This document shows positions 45,379-57,654 of a DNA stretch of 64,000 nucleotides, piece after piece (within the stretch, counting starts at the first letter, position 1; every line of letters starts with the position of its first letter). The stretch is from NCBI GenBank assembly GCA_963721085.1, contig CAVRHW010000004.1:51744-115743 (forward strand), given 5' to 3'. The position numbers and the translations under genes are program-made. The stretch comes from an uncultured Gammaproteobacteria bacterium. GTDB taxonomy: Bacteria; Pseudomonadota; Gammaproteobacteria; SZUA-229. The notes beneath the pieces were generated by a model. That model ran no database searches. It saw only the letters and a program-made list of their open reading frames with translations, and was not told the DNA's origin.

Positions 45379-47878
45379 CTACTCGCGCATGCTGGTCGAA
45401 CTATAGCGTGCACCGTTTAGAATCCAGTTCAGTATCAGATCATAATTATAGCGATTTGAAGGATCACTGGTATCAAATCCATTGCTTCGTAGACCACCGT
45501 AGTGATGATGGCCGGTCGGTTTTGTCAGGATCAGACTGTTTTCCGGGTCGTTGAAATCTACCCGTGACAACACTTCCCGATAAAAAGTACTGCCAGAAGC
45601 CGGCTGCGTATCGGTCCACCAGACCGGAAGACCAGGTGCAGCACTACCGGTACCCACATGGCAATTCACGCAGGCGCGTGAATCAGCGGGTGCCAGCTCT
45701 GTGAATATCGGCTTGATATTGTCGACAAAATTGATGTCCTGCGGCGCTGGCGACATACTACTATCGATCTTGATCGTGACCGTATCCTGCGCGCTTTTGC
45801 CGCTGGCTTTGTAACCGGCCACCAGACGCAACACATAATCACCATCCACCGGTGCAGTCAGCAAAGCTCGCGGTTTATCGCTATCGGTCAGCGTTGCGGT
45901 CTCGCCACCAGCAGGTGTTGAAACAATGCTCCAGCTATAAGTATCCACAAACCGGCTGTTGGAACCAAAAGTGCGCACGGGCGAAGTCGCCGTGATATCG
46001 GGACCCGCATCCACCACGGGCGCACCCGGCTGATCGATATAGCCAGCACTGTTGGTCTTGATCTGGTCATCAGCGGGTAAGCTGGGGTTCAGGTGCGATG
46101 CCAGTAATAGAGGGAAATTATTGTTGCCCCAGAAGGTTTTGTAACCGCGCAGCGACAAAGGCATTTCGCCATAATCGTATATGTACTTCTTGATGAGTGA
46201 AGCATGACTGATAAATTTATCGTAACTGCTGAAATCGATATCCTTGCTGCCATTTGCTGCAGTATCGCTACCCAGGCTGGTGCCGCGACGTGAATGACAG
46301 ACAAAACATACTGGCTCGACTACATCAGTGAACAGCTTGTCCGAACCGGCCGGTGGATTGCCGGTCGCGGGATTCGGTCGCCAGGCAGGTGGCACATAAT
46401 CGGCGACAAAAGTGGGGCTGTCGAAATACCCCACTTTGCTCGGATCATCGTACCAGCCTTCTGCCATTTCGCGCGCAAAATCACCGGTCCATTCACCCGA
46501 GCTCGTGGTTCTACTGAATATGGTCGAAATATCCACACCCGTACCACCGCAGTTCGCAGTATCTGACGGGTCTTCACAATACTGCGCACAGGCCACCGGT
46601 ATGGCGGCCGAAGGCAGGTTCGGGTAGGTGCAATACACCGCCTCATTCACCTGTTTGATCAGCGGTTCCTCTTCAGCTTTGGTGTAAGGCGACTTGTCCC
46701 AGTATTCAAAGCTGGGCACTTCCATCAACTGTAATTTTGCATTGACGTCACCATTGAGTCCGTTGCCGGAAGTACCGTCGAGCGTGTTATCACGAAAACT
46801 GCCATCGGCTCGAAGCGGTCGCACGGTGCCGCCATGACAATAGACACAGGCGTTAGGCATGGCTTTATTGCCACGGCCGTCAAGATTGACCGTATTCAGC
46901 CTGACTTCATGCGCGTAATCAGTGGTGGTTTTGTCAGCCTGAGAAGCATCGAAGGTATAGAACTTGGCAAATTTTTTCGGATTCGGATTGGAAGTCTTGC
47001 AGGAGGGATCAGGGGGATTCATGGAATCATAGCCGCAGGGCTCGCCCGGTCCGTACGGATAGGTGCTGTATTCGATCGCATTCGAACCGAAATGATGCTG
47101 GCGGTCATTTTCTATTAGTGCATCCAGATTGATCGAGGTGTATTCCAGCCCGGGAACGGTCCGTACCTGGAAGTTTTCAACATAGGCGTAAAAACTGCCA
47201 TCGGGTTTGGTCCAGACGCGCACACCTCGACCATAGCCCAGGTCTTTGGTATCACGAAAACGTCGGCTGGATAACACGGCCGGCAGCATTAGCGCAGCAT
47301 CATAACCATTCATTGTTAGCCAGTCGGCCAGCGTCGTTTTGGCATTGGTCGGATCGATCGCTGCGTAATAGGCTGCGCCGAAAGCGTCTGAATCGATCCG
47401 CGAATCATCGAGCCTGATCTCGGAATTGGTATTGGTACCGGGGGCGATATCATCATTTTCAGCGAACACCACACCGTTCGCGCTGACCAGATACAGATAA
47501 GTATCAATGCTGGATTCAAGCTTGATATCGATACCACCCGCATCATAGATGGTGATTGGATATTGAGGATTATTCGATGATGCAGGATCCTGGCCACCGG
47601 AATTTGTCCAGCTACCGGTGTAGGTCTGCACGCTGCCATCATCCTGAGTAACGGTGAGCGTATAGTCTCCGCTCAGGCCTGCGCTGTTGGTCGCCGCAAC
47701 GATGGTGTAATCGCCTGAAGGCAGAGCCGCAACCTTGTTGATATAACTTGCAAACCGGTTTGGCTGATCGACCTTGATCGAGGTATCAGTCGCAATGCCA
47801 TTGTCCCGACTGCAGGCACCGAGACCCGACCAGCAAAGCGGCTAATGCCAGTACCAGAGCGCCATATCGACGGGCCAT
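45379..47878 (-). CDS. Tri-heme c-type cytochrome lipoprotein with N-terminal and internal beta-sandwich (PPC/Ig-like) domains (frameshift near 47812-47842)
   Basis: Signal peptide MARRYGALVLALAALLVG, then a Cys (lipobox-like) in the adjacent frame. Three CxxCH motifs (CVYCH, CFVCH, CVNCH). Two YTGSWTN/YVLRLVAG-type beta-sandwich segments. Confidence 0.65.
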
Positions 47879-48055
47879 GTAATACCCTTTTTTATAACTC
47901 ATCCTGTCTCCACATACCGGCAAGCCTGCCACGCCAGCACGACTTAAATTCGTGCATGTAGTTAACACAAGAATCAGCAGATTAGCAATGTCTGGAAAAG
48001 AGTTTGGGCATAGTGAATCCAGCACTGTGAAGCACTTCACGGCGGGCGCAGGCCA

Positions 48056-48904
48056 TCACGTTCGTGGCTCCATTTTCACCTGAACTTCGCCGACCACGTC
48101 TGCTTTCCAGGCATGGCCGTAAATCACTTCATAACTTGCCGGCAAACCATCCGGTTCGCGATAGTGTTCATACGCATCGCGCAGGCGCTGTAATGACTGG
48201 GCTGTGAGCAGGCCACGGCGGTGCCCCTGCGCGGTTACATTGGCGCCAATATCACGCAGATCTGCCAGCAAACCGTCAACCGCGGAATATTGCAGGCGTA
48301 TGATTTCTGCTTCCATCACAGGATCGGCAAAATGGCTACGTACCAGCGCATCGCCCACATCGTGCATATCGATGAATCGATTCACGTGCACCGCGGCATC
48401 GACTGCCTGCCAGCTGTGGCGCAACTCTTTCAGAGTATCGGGCCCGAAACTGGTAAACACCAGTAAGCCACCCGGCCGCAATACCCGCATGAAATTTTGC
48501 AGCGCTGCATCCAGGTCGTTGCACCACTGCAAGCTAAGACTGGAAAATATCAGGTCAAAGCTATTATCCGCAAAAGGAAGCGCTTCGATATCGGCACATA
48601 CCTGAAGACTGGGTCGTAGCCAGCTGCTACGTGCAGCAGCCTTGCGCAACATCTGCTCGGAAATATCCAGCGCCACGACTTCGGCCCCACGATAGCGTTT
48701 TTGCAATGGCCTGATCGCTTCGCCCGTGCCGGTTCCGGCATCAAGAATTCTGTGTGGCTTGAGTTTCACGTACTGCAGTTTTTCCAGCAAACGTTCGCAA
48801 ACTTCATTTTGCAAAACTGCCGCGGCATCATAGCTGTTCGCCGCGCGATCGAAAGCACGCCGCACATGTCGGGGTTCTATGTATTGGGTGGTTTGATCAG
48901 ACAT
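48056..48904 (-). CDS. bioC: Malonyl-ACP O-methyltransferase
   Basis: SAM motif ILDAGTGTG; BioC-like length and sequence. Confidence 0.8.
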   Translation of the reverse strand: MSDQTTQYIEPRHVRRAFDRAANSYDAAAVLQNEVCERLLEKLQYVKLKPHRILDAGTGTGEAIRPLQKRYRGAEVVALDISEQMLRKAAARSSWLRPSLQVCADIEALPFADNSFDLIFSSLSLQWCNDLDAALQNFMRVLRPGGLLVFTSFGPDTLKELRHSWQAVDAAVHVNRFIDMHDVGDALVRSHFADPVMEAEIIRLQYSAVDGLLADLRDIGANVTAQGHRRGLLTAQSLQRLRDAYEHYREPDGLPASYEVIYGHAWKADVVGEVQVKMEPRT

Positions 48905-48921
48905 TCACTGCGCTGGTTTTT

Positions 48922-49697
48922 TTAAACAAAGGTCGAGCGCATTCTACCGGCAAAATCGATCAGTTCCCGACGAAAATTTTCCGGGTGCGAAATAAAAGGT
49001 GCATGTCCGGCATCCGGCTCGATGCTGATCTCGATATTTGCGTTAAGCATTTTCAAACTATCTGCCAGAGCTAACAGGAACCAGCGCATCGCGACCACCC
49101 AGATGCCAGTGCAGGGAACATTCGAGCAGCGCCAGGTCCTGACGCAAATCACATTCCTGAAGTTGTTGCAGGCCAGATTGCAGCGCCTGCATACTCGCCT
49201 GACCACGTGCCTGCATCGCGCGCTGTAATTCTTTTAGCGTTTTTAGCGCGTGTTTGTCACCGAGCACCTGCAAGGCCATAAAACGTCGCAGCGTGGCTTC
49301 GCGATCTTCACTCAAATCTGCAGCAAACTGACTAAACACGCTGGCATCGACCGCAGTGGACCAGTCGGGACGACGCACAAAACAGGGATTACTCGCCACC
49401 ATAAATATGCCCGCAACACGTTCAGGATGTAGTCGCGCCAGTCTCAGCACGGGCAACCCACCCAGCGACCAGCCCACCCAGAGCGCGGGTCTCTGGCTGA
49501 CCGCTGCGAGCAACTGAACCTGATCTGCCAGCCCCTGCTGCGTGCACCTCTGCCATACTGCCATGACCGGGCAGATCGATGCTGACCACATCCAGCCAGT
49601 CCGGCAGAGATGCGGTCAGCGACTGCCAGACCGCACTGTTCATCGCCCAGCCGTGAACGAACACGCAGGTAATTTTTTGGCTTAGCACAGCGGGCAT
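48922..49697 (-). CDS. bioH: Pimeloyl-ACP methyl ester esterase BioH-like alpha/beta hydrolase (two or more frameshifts)
   Basis: VFVHGWAMNSAVW with a GWSLGG nucleophile elbow in another frame; three overlapping fragments. Confidence 0.65.
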
Positions 49698-49760
49698 TTG
49701 CAGTTGGGCTGTTGTAAGCTTGCGACCTGTTCTATTCTCGCCGGGAAAGTTTGTCTACGC

Positions 49761-50375
49761 ATGGCTTTTGATCCTGTCATTCTGCTCTATCCGCTCGGCG
49801 GCTACCTGCTCGGCTCGGTTTCGACCGCAATCATTGTCTGCAAACTGATGCGGTTGCCGGACCCACGTGCTGTGGGTTCTAACAATCCGGGTGCGACCAA
49901 TGTACTGCGACACGGTGGTAAAAAGGCCGCCATTATCACGCTATTCGGTGACATGTTAAAAGGCCTGCTGGCGGTATTGCTCGCCAGCCAGTTCAGCCAG
50001 CAGCCTGAATATCTGGCGCTGGCCGGAGCGGGTGCCTTTCTTGGTCATTTATACCCGTTGTATTTTGGTTTCAAGGGCGGCAAGGGGGTAGCGACTTTTT
50101 ACGGGGTTCTGCTCGGGTTTAACTGGCTCGCAGGAGTGGCTGCGCTCGTGGTCTGGTTGCTGGTCGCTTTTGTGAGCCGATATTCTTCTTTATCAGCACT
50201 GCTGTCTGCGGCGAGCGCGCCTTTTTTCCTCTGGCTGCTGGATGCGAATACTGCCTTGCTGATTGCCTGCATCCTGATGGTATGGCTGCTGTACTGGCGC
50301 CACCGCAGCAATATGCGAAATCTGATCACCGGCCGCGAAAATAAAATCGGCGAGAAAAAAGCCTCGACACAATAA
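49761..50375 (+). CDS. plsY: Glycerol-3-phosphate acyltransferase PlsY
   Basis: GSNNPGATNVLR and FKGGKGVAT motifs; membrane protein. Confidence 0.85.
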   Translation: MAFDPVILLYPLGGYLLGSVSTAIIVCKLMRLPDPRAVGSNNPGATNVLRHGGKKAAIITLFGDMLKGLLAVLLASQFSQQPEYLALAGAGAFLGHLYPLYFGFKGGKGVATFYGVLLGFNWLAGVAALVVWLLVAFVSRYSSLSALLSAASAPFFLWLLDANTALLIACILMVWLLYWRHRSNMRNLITGRENKIGEKKASTQ

Positions 50376-50377
50376 TC

Positions 50378-51419
50378 TCAGGCTGATGTCCCAACCGGTG
50401 GCCGCAGCTCATCCATCGGCCAGCGCGCACGCGCAGCTATCGTTAGCGGCTGGGTTTCTCCGGCCAGCAAACGCAAACAGCCCACGTGCGCGATCATTGC
50501 TCCATTATCTGTACAAAATTCGATGCGCGGATAAAACAGTTCAGCATCGTGGCGCGCCACCATGGTGGCCAGCTGCGCACGCAGCTGCTGATTGGCACCA
50601 ACGCCCCCTGCGATGACCAGCCGTTTGCAGTCTGAGGCCAGCAGCGCGCGTTCGCTTTTGATCACCAGGGTAGCCACCACCGCGTCTTCAAAAGCGCGGG
50701 CGACATCCGCCAGTTGCTGCTGATAATCTCCAGCGCTGGTATCAAGTGCCTGCAGTGTAGTGAGCGCAAAGGTCTTGAGCCCGCTGAAACTGAAATCCAG
50801 CCCTGGCCGATCGGTCATCGGGCGCGGGAAACCGATACATATCAGCGCGGCCCTGCTCGGCCAGTTTCGCCAGTGCCGGGCCACCCGGATAACCCAGGCC
50901 CATGATCTTGGCGGTTTTATCAAAGGCTTCACCGGCAGCATCATCCAGACTCTGACCCAGCAGATGGTACTGGCCGACACCGCTGACCTCGACCAGCATG
51001 GTATGGCCGCCCGACACCAGCAGCGCGATAAACGGGAATGCGGGCGGGTTCGCCTCCAGCATCGGCGCCAGCAAATGACCTTCCATGTGGTGTACTTCCA
51101 GCGCCGGGATGCCCAGCGACCAGGCCAGCGCACGGCCCAGCGCTGCACCTGACATCAGCGCGCCGATCAGCCCCGGCCCGGCAGTGTAGGCAACGCCATC
51201 GATCTGATTCAACTGAAGATCGGCCTGTTGCAGTACCTGTTTGATCAGGGGCGATAAATAACGAATATGGTCGCGTGAGGCCAGCTCCGGGACCACGCCG
51301 CCATATTCAGCATGCAGCTCGACCTGGCTGTGCAAAACATGACCTAACAGGCCCTGCTCGCTGTCATAGAGTGCGATCCCGGTCTCGTCGCAGGAGGTTT
51401 CGATACCCAGAACTATCAT
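50378..51419 (-). CDS. tsaD: tRNA N6-adenosine threonylcarbamoyltransferase TsaD (frameshift near 50790-50830)
   Basis: [19 protein letters not shown]...HHMEGH; the C-terminal fragment is in a second frame. Confidence 0.8.
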
Positions 51420-51599
51420 AATTTCGGAATTTCTTTGGCTGGATGGTGAAAAATGCCAAATTCAGGTTTTGGCTTTTAAAAATAATGCGATATACTACGT
51501 CGTTTCCCGCAGTCGTATGCGGATTTTTTGCGCCTGTGCTTTTGCCTGGCAGAAAAATCTGACTGCTTGACCGTCTTAGATGATATTACTGGAATATAT

Positions 51600-51830
51600 A
51601 TGCCTGCTGTCAAGATTAAAGAAAACGAGCCCTTTGACGTAGCCCTGCGCCGCTTCAAGCGTTCCTGTGAAAAAGCCGGTGTGATGACTGAAGTGCGTCG
51701 TCGTGAAGCTTATGAAAAACCCACTACAGAACGCAAACGCAAAGCTGCTGCTGCAGTTAAACGTCACCTGAAAAAGCTGTCGAAAGATCGCGGCCGTTTC
51801 GCTCGTTCGCCCCACCAGAACAGACGTTAA
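51600..51830 (+). CDS. rpsU: 30S ribosomal protein S21
   Basis: [28 protein letters not shown]. Confidence 0.9.
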   Translation: MPAVKIKENEPFDVALRRFKRSCEKAGVMTEVRRREAYEKPTTERKRKAAAAVKRHLKKLSKDRGRFARSPHQNRR

Positions 51831-51839
51831 TCCCCTGCC

Positions 51840-52295
51840 ATGACTAGCGCCCTGAAAACAAGCTTACAGGACGCCATGAAAGCGGCGATGAAAGCAGGCG
51901 ACAAGCCGCGACTGGGTGTCGTGCGCCTGATGCTGTCTGCGATCAAACAGATCGAAGTCGATGAACGCATCGAGCTCGACGATACCCGCGTCACTACCAT
52001 CCTCGACAAAATGGTCAAACAAAGGCGTGAATCCATCAGCCAGTTTGAAACCGCGAAACGTGATGACCTGATCGCTCAGGAAAAATTCGAAATCGAAATC
52101 ATCCAGGAATTTTTGCCGCAGGCGCTGAGCGCAGCAGAAATCGATGCGATACTCGACGATGCTATCGCCAGCACCGGCGCCAGTTCAATTAAAGATATGG
52201 GCAAGGTAATGGGCATCATCCGTCCCAAAGTCGTTGGCCGCGCCGACATGGGCGAAATCAGCAACAGCATCAAAGCTCGTCTCAATGCAGGCTGA
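51840..52295 (+). CDS. yqeY: GatB/YqeY-domain protein
   Basis: YqeY family; the conserved rpsU-yqeY linkage. Confidence 0.8.
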   Translation: MTSALKTSLQDAMKAAMKAGDKPRLGVVRLMLSAIKQIEVDERIELDDTRVTTILDKMVKQRRESISQFETAKRDDLIAQEKFEIEIIQEFLPQALSAAEIDAILDDAIASTGASSIKDMGKVMGIIRPKVVGRADMGEISNSIKARLNAG

Positions 52296-52296
52296 A

Positions 52297-53373
52297 ATGT
52301 CTGCGCCCGATACCTCGCTGAAAAACGATCGTCTGATCCGGGCGCTGCTGCGCCAGCCGGTCGACCAGACCCCGGTCTGGATCATGCGTCAGGCCGGGCG
52401 TTATCTGCCCGAATACCGCGCCGTGCGCGAACAGGCCGGTGATTTCATGACCCTGTGCAGCACCCCCGAGCTGGCCTGTGAAGTGACTTTACAGCCCCTG
52501 CGCCGCTTCGCGCTCGACGCTGCGATACTGTTCTCCGATATTCTGACCATTCCCGACGCCATGGGTCTGGGCCTGTATTTCGAACAGGGCGAAGGCCCCA
52601 AATTCAAAACCCGACTGAACAATGCCGCCGATATCGCGCGCCTGCGTGCACCCGACCCGGAAGACGATCTCGGCTATGTCATGGACGCGGTGCGCCTGAT
52701 CCGCCGCGAACTCAAGGGCGAAGTTCCGCTGATCGGTTTTGCCGGCAGCCCCTGGACACTGGCGACCTATATGGTCGAAGGTGGCGGCAGCAAAACTTTT
52801 GCCAAAGCCAAGGCGCTGCTGTTCGAAGACCCGGCCGCTGCGCACCAGTTGATGAACGTGCTCGCAGATTCGGTCGCGGCCTACCTCAATGCCCAGATCA
52901 ATGCCGGCGCTCAGGCGGTGATGGTATTCGACAGCTGGGGCGGCGCACTCAGCAGCGCACACTATAAAGAGTATTCACTGGCTGCGATGCAGCGCATCGT
53001 CGATCAGCTGATTCGTGAAAAAGACGGGGTAAAAATTCCGGTCACCCTGTTCACCAAGGGCGGCGGACTCTGGCTGGAAGATATTGCCGCCACCGGCTGC
53101 GATGCAGTGGGACTGGACTGGACCATCGACATCGGCGAAGCGCGCAGACGCATCGGTGACAAGGTAGCATTACAGGGCAATATGGATCCTGCGGTAATGG
53201 CCGCTTCGACTGCCACCGTGTGCGCCGAATCCGAACGCATTCTGCAATCCTATGGCCACGGTAACGGCCACGTGTTCAACCTGGGTCACGGCATCACGCC
53301 AGACATCACCCCCGAAAATGTCGCCGCGCTGGTCGACAGCGTGCACCAGCACAGCCGCCAGTATCACAGGTAG
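52297..53373 (+). CDS. hemE: Uroporphyrinogen decarboxylase
   Basis: [31 protein letters not shown]. Confidence 0.9.
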   Translation: MSAPDTSLKNDRLIRALLRQPVDQTPVWIMRQAGRYLPEYRAVREQAGDFMTLCSTPELACEVTLQPLRRFALDAAILFSDILTIPDAMGLGLYFEQGEGPKFKTRLNNAADIARLRAPDPEDDLGYVMDAVRLIRRELKGEVPLIGFAGSPWTLATYMVEGGGSKTFAKAKALLFEDPAAAHQLMNVLADSVAAYLNAQINAGAQAVMVFDSWGGALSSAHYKEYSLAAMQRIVDQLIREKDGVKIPVTLFTKGGGLWLEDIAATGCDAVGLDWTIDIGEARRRIGDKVALQGNMDPAVMAASTATVCAESERILQSYGHGNGHVFNLGHGITPDITPENVAALVDSVHQHSRQYHR

Positions 53374-53387
53374 TTCAGTAACAACCG

Positions 53388-55868
53388 CTAAAATAACTGC
53401 TCAGGCGTAGGCGTGGCATCACCATTGGCTGGCGGTGTTGCTACCGGCGTTGCATTACCCGGCCGGGGTGCGTTTTCAGTCCTGAAAACCTCGAACATGG
53501 TGTTGGTGTCGGTGTCGGTCGCGGCCTCACCGGTCTCGGCATTGATTTTCACATTGACCAGTCCATCCGGCCTGGGCATCTGTTTCTCAGGTACACCACG
53601 CAAAGCTTCGCGCATGTAATCGACCCAGATCGGCAAGGCCGCGTGTGAACCAGTCTCGTTGCTGCCCAATGGCTTGATCTGGTCAAACCCTACCCAGGCC
53701 ACGGCCACCAGCTCCTGGTTAAATCCATTGAACCAGGCATCGCGCTGATCATTGGTGGTTCCTGTTTTACCCGCCAGGTCGTGTCGACCAAGCTGCATCG
53801 CACGTACCCCGGTGCCACGTCGAATAACATCTTTCATCATCGAGTTCATCAGATAGGCAACGCGTGAATCGAGCGTGTGTGCGGCCTGTTTGGGCAATTT
53901 GCCTATGGTTTCATCTTCCACATCGAGCGCTTTCGGCTGAGTCGTCTGTTTCTGTGCCAGCACACAGGTGGTACAGGCAACCGCTGGATCAGCTTCATAC
54001 AGTACCGTGCCATCCGAATCTTCAATGCGCTGAATGAAATACGGTTTGACCAGATAACCACCATTGTCGATAACCGAATACGCCCGCGCCAGCTCGAGCG
54101 GGCTCACTTCACAACTGCCCAGCGCCAGCGACAGATCGTGTGGCAGTTCGTTTTCTTCAAAGCCAAAGTTTCTGGCAAATTTGATCGTTTTGGAAATGCC
54201 TACCGCGCGTAACAATCGTATCGATACCAGGTTTCTGGAATGCACCAGCGCTTCACGCAGTCGCGTCGGACCAAAAAATTTACCGCTGTAATTCTCTGGC
54301 CGCCATGACGCCTCCAGCGCCGGATCATCAAATACCACCGGCGCGTCGTTGATAATACTGGCTGGAGTAAAACCATTGGCCAGCGCTGCCGAATAAATGA
54401 TCGGCTTGAAACCGGAACCCGGCTGACGTCTGGCCTGAACCGCGCGATTGAATTTGCTGTGTGCAAAATCAAAACCACCGATCAGGGCACGGATCGCACC
54501 ATCATTAGGTGCAACCGACACCAGCGCGCCCTGAACTTCAGGTATCTGGCCCAGGACCCATTGCTGCTGTTTGTTTTGCACCACCCAGATCACATCACCT
54601 CGACGAACTATTTCCGCCACGGTTTTGGGTTCTGGTCCTTTGTGATTAACACTGACGTATGGAGCTGCCCATTTGAGCCCCGACCATTGCAGACGGATAT
54701 GCTCCCCGGTTTTCAGCACGGCTTCGGCGTACGGCTCCTGCTTTACAGCATCATCTTTTTCCTGGGTCGCCACTACCAGCGCCGGCTGAAAACGGCTGTA
54801 ATCCTTATCGTCCGCCAGCAGCGCTTTGGCTGTGGCCGCATCGACCTGGTCCTGAGCATTCAGGTCGATATGCCGAATCACGCCACGGTAACCGTGTCGC
54901 CGGTCATAATCCACCAGCCCGTTCCAGAGACTGTCGTTCGCTGCCTTTTGTAAATCCTTCCTGATCGTGGTGTACACACGCAGGCCACGGTTATACGCCT
55001 CATCACCAAACTGGCTGACAATTTCCGAGCGTACCATCTCGATAATATAGGGCGCCTGAACCTCAATCTGGTTGCTATGGCGCTGTGCTGTCACCGGTTC
55101 TGCAGTGGTACGCGCATAGTCCTCATCGGATATGTAATGCAGGCTGTGCATGCGAGACAGCACATAATTGCGCCGAATCAATGCCCGCTCGGGGTTCACG
55201 ATCGGGTTATAGCTCGAAGGCGCTTTCGGCAGTCCGGCAATCATTGCTATCTGCGCCAGGGTCAGTTGATCCAGCGGTTTTCCATAATACACCTGTGCAG
55301 CTGCAGCCACGCCGTAGGCGCGGTTACCAAGATATATTTTGTTGAGATAAAGCTCGAGAATTTTGTCTTTTGTCAGCTCGTGCTCAATTTTCAGCGCCAG
55401 GAAAATTTCATTAATTTTTCGTAGATAGGTTTTTTCACTACTCAAATAAAAATTACGCGCCAGCTGCATGGTGATGGTACTGCCGCCCTGACCGCGCTCG
55501 CCGGTTTTGATCAGATTCAGCGCGGCGCGGATAATGCCCTGGTAATCCACGCCCGGATGCTGATAAAAACGATCATCTTCAGCCGAGAGAAATGCCTGGC
55601 GCATCAGCAGTGGAATTTGATCCAGTGATTTTGGTGAACGCCGTTTCTCGCCAAATTCACCCAACAAAGAGCCATCACTGCTATATATACGCAGTGGAAC
55701 CTGCAAACGAACATCACTAAGACCCTCAATAGACGGTAACTGCGGCTCGAGGTATAGATAGAGCGCTGCCAGTCCCAGAAATGCGGTCACGGCCGGGATC
55801 AATATGACAGCGAGCAGTGTTTTAGGCGATTTGAAAAGTTTCACAAGTCCTTGACCAGATACAGGCAT
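53388..55868 (-). CDS. mrcA: Penicillin-binding protein 1A (bifunctional transglycosylase/transpeptidase)
   Basis: GT51 motifs EDDRFYQHPGVD and GGSTITMQLARN; SxxK transpeptidase domain; divergent from pilM. Confidence 0.9.
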   Translation of the reverse strand: MPVSGQGLVKLFKSPKTLLAVILIPAVTAFLGLAALYLYLEPQLPSIEGLSDVRLQVPLRIYSSDGSLLGEFGEKRRSPKSLDQIPLLMRQAFLSAEDDRFYQHPGVDYQGIIRAALNLIKTGERGQGGSTITMQLARNFYLSSEKTYLRKINEIFLALKIEHELTKDKILELYLNKIYLGNRAYGVAAAAQVYYGKPLDQLTLAQIAMIAGLPKAPSSYNPIVNPERALIRRNYVLSRMHSLHYISDEDYARTTAEPVTAQRHSNQIEVQAPYIIEMVRSEIVSQFGDEAYNRGLRVYTTIRKDLQKAANDSLWNGLVDYDRRHGYRGVIRHIDLNAQDQVDAATAKALLADDKDYSRFQPALVVATQEKDDAVKQEPYAEAVLKTGEHIRLQWSGLKWAAPYVSVNHKGPEPKTVAEIVRRGDVIWVVQNKQQQWVLGQIPEVQGALVSVAPNDGAIRALIGGFDFAHSKFNRAVQARRQPGSGFKPIIYSAALANGFTPASIINDAPVVFDDPALEASWRPENYSGKFFGPTRLREALVHSRNLVSIRLLRAVGISKTIKFARNFGFEENELPHDLSLALGSCEVSPLELARAYSVIDNGGYLVKPYFIQRIEDSDGTVLYEADPAVACTTCVLAQKQTTQPKALDVEDETIGKLPKQAAHTLDSRVAYLMNSMMKDVIRRGTGVRAMQLGRHDLAGKTGTTNDQRDAWFNGFNQELVAVAWVGFDQIKPLGSNETGSHAALPIWVDYMREALRGVPEKQMPRPDGLVNVKINAETGEAATDTDTNTMFEVFRTENAPRPGNATPVATPPANGDATPTPEQLF

Positions 55869-56022
55869 TTTGAGGGTGTGGAATTATAATCGTTCACTCC
55901 CGATTAAGCGATACGCAGCACTTTATAAGCTAGTAATTTTGGGCAGTTGCGTCTATCATTTAATGCAAAAAAATATATATATCCTATAACTATCTTAAAT
56001 ATAAATGGATTAGGGGAGTACA

Positions 56023-57084
56023 GTGTTTCTGCTGAACCGCACAAAACCCGCGATTCTGGGCCTCGATATCAGTTCGACTTCGGTCAAACTGCTGGAGCTG
56101 GCACAGGACGGGGATCACTATAAAGTCCAGAGTCTGGTCATCGAGCCCCTGCCAGACAATGCTGTCTCTGAAAAAAACATACAGGATGTTGAAGCCGTGG
56201 GTGAAACCATCCAGAAGGCGGTAAAACGTTCGGGTACCAAGGTAAAACAGGCGGCCGTCGCCGTGGCTGGCTCTGCAGTGATTACCAAGATCATTACCAT
56301 GCCGGCAGCACTCAGCGACAGCGAACTGGAAGAACGTATCCAGGTCGAGGCGGACCAGTATATTCCGTACCCACTGGAAGAAATTAACCTCGATTTTGAG
56401 GTCATGGGCCCCACCCAGAACAACCCCGAGACCGTCGATGTGCTACTGGCAGCGTCACGCAGCGAAAACATCGAACTCAGAACAGACGCTTTAACACTGG
56501 GCGGCCTGACGCCCAAAATTGTCGATGTCGAGGCCTACACCATCGAACACTCCTCCGCATTGATAACATCTGACATCCCGGACTGGGATGAACATAAAAT
56601 TATTGCCGTGATTGATATCGGCGCCACCATGACCAGCCTCAATGTGGTCGAGAACAACCAGCTCATCTATACCCGCGAACAAAGTTTTGGTGGCAAACAG
56701 CTGACCGAAGAAATTATGCGTCGTTATGGCCTGGCCTACGAAGAAGCCGGCCGCCTGAAAAAAGAAGGCGGTCTGCCCGATAACTATATCCCTGAAGTAC
56801 TCGAACCATTCAAGGAAACGATTGCGCAGCAGGTCAGCCGTTTTCTGCAATTTTTCTATACCGCAGGTCAGCACAACTCGGTTGATCTGATCGCACTGGC
56901 TGGCGGCTGTGCGTCGATTCCGGGTATCGACGAACTGGTGGAATCACAACTCGATACCCCGACCGTGATTGCCAATCCATTTGCAAAAATGTCGTTATCA
57001 TCCAAAGTCAATCCGCAGGCCTTAAGCAAAGATGCGCCTTCGTTGATGATTGCCTGTGGACTTGCGATGAGGAGTTTTGACTAA
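56023..57084 (+). CDS. pilM: Type IV pilus assembly protein PilM
   Basis: Actin-like ATPase fold with a PilM pattern. Confidence 0.9.
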   Translation: MFLLNRTKPAILGLDISSTSVKLLELAQDGDHYKVQSLVIEPLPDNAVSEKNIQDVEAVGETIQKAVKRSGTKVKQAAVAVAGSAVITKIITMPAALSDSELEERIQVEADQYIPYPLEEINLDFEVMGPTQNNPETVDVLLAASRSENIELRTDALTLGGLTPKIVDVEAYTIEHSSALITSDIPDWDEHKIIAVIDIGATMTSLNVVENNQLIYTREQSFGGKQLTEEIMRRYGLAYEEAGRLKKEGGLPDNYIPEVLEPFKETIAQQVSRFLQFFYTAGQHNSVDLIALAGGCASIPGIDELVESQLDTPTVIANPFAKMSLSSKVNPQALSKDAPSLMIACGLAMRSFD

Positions 57085-57654
57085 TGGCGAAGATTAACCT
57101 GCTGCCCTGGCGCGAGGAACTGCTCAGGGAACAGACACGACAGTTTGCTACATTAACAGGGCTATGCGCATTCATGACCTGCGCAGTGGTAGGCGCTGGT
57201 GCATTTCAATATTTCGCGTGACATCGATCATCAATATGGGCGCAACCAGATTTTACAAAGCGAAATCAGCAAACTGGATATTTCCTTGAAAGAAATCAAG
57301 GGCCTCGAAGAAACCAAGTCCAAGCTGCTCTCACGTATGGAGATCATCCAGTCCTTGCAACGGCAACGCCCACAAATTGTGCATCTGTTCGATGAGCTCG
57401 TACGCACAGTGCCTGACGGCCTGTATCTAACCTCCATCAAGCAAAATGGAGACAAATTAACTATCAAAGGTGTCGCAGAATCCAACGGTCGTGTTTCAGC
57501 CTACATGCGCAACATCGACGCTTCAAAATGGCTGTCGACGCCCAAGCTCAATGTCATTGAATCCAAGAAAGGCACACTCAGAAGCAGCGATTTCGAAATC
57601 ACCACATCGCAATCCACACCCAAAGACAATAAAGATGAGAAGGATAAAAGCTGA
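57084..57654 (+). CDS. pilN: Type IV pilus assembly protein PilN (frameshift near 57200-57225)
   Basis: MAKINLLPWREELLREQ in frame 1, continuing in ORF 57199..57654. Confidence 0.8.

Noticed and set aside
47879-48040. The N-terminal extension MKCFTVLDS... of ORF 47786..48040 as part of the cytochrome gene
   Set aside because: The internal ATG at 47878 begins a canonical signal peptide and has AAGGG upstream. The extension is hydrophilic and unsupported.
51484-51520. The plus-strand hairpin plus T-run (CCCGCAGTCGTATGCGGATTTTTTG) upstream of rpsU, as a terminator
   Set aside because: The stem is only 5 bp and there is no upstream plus-strand gene to terminate. It is possibly a weak attenuator, but the evidence is insufficient.
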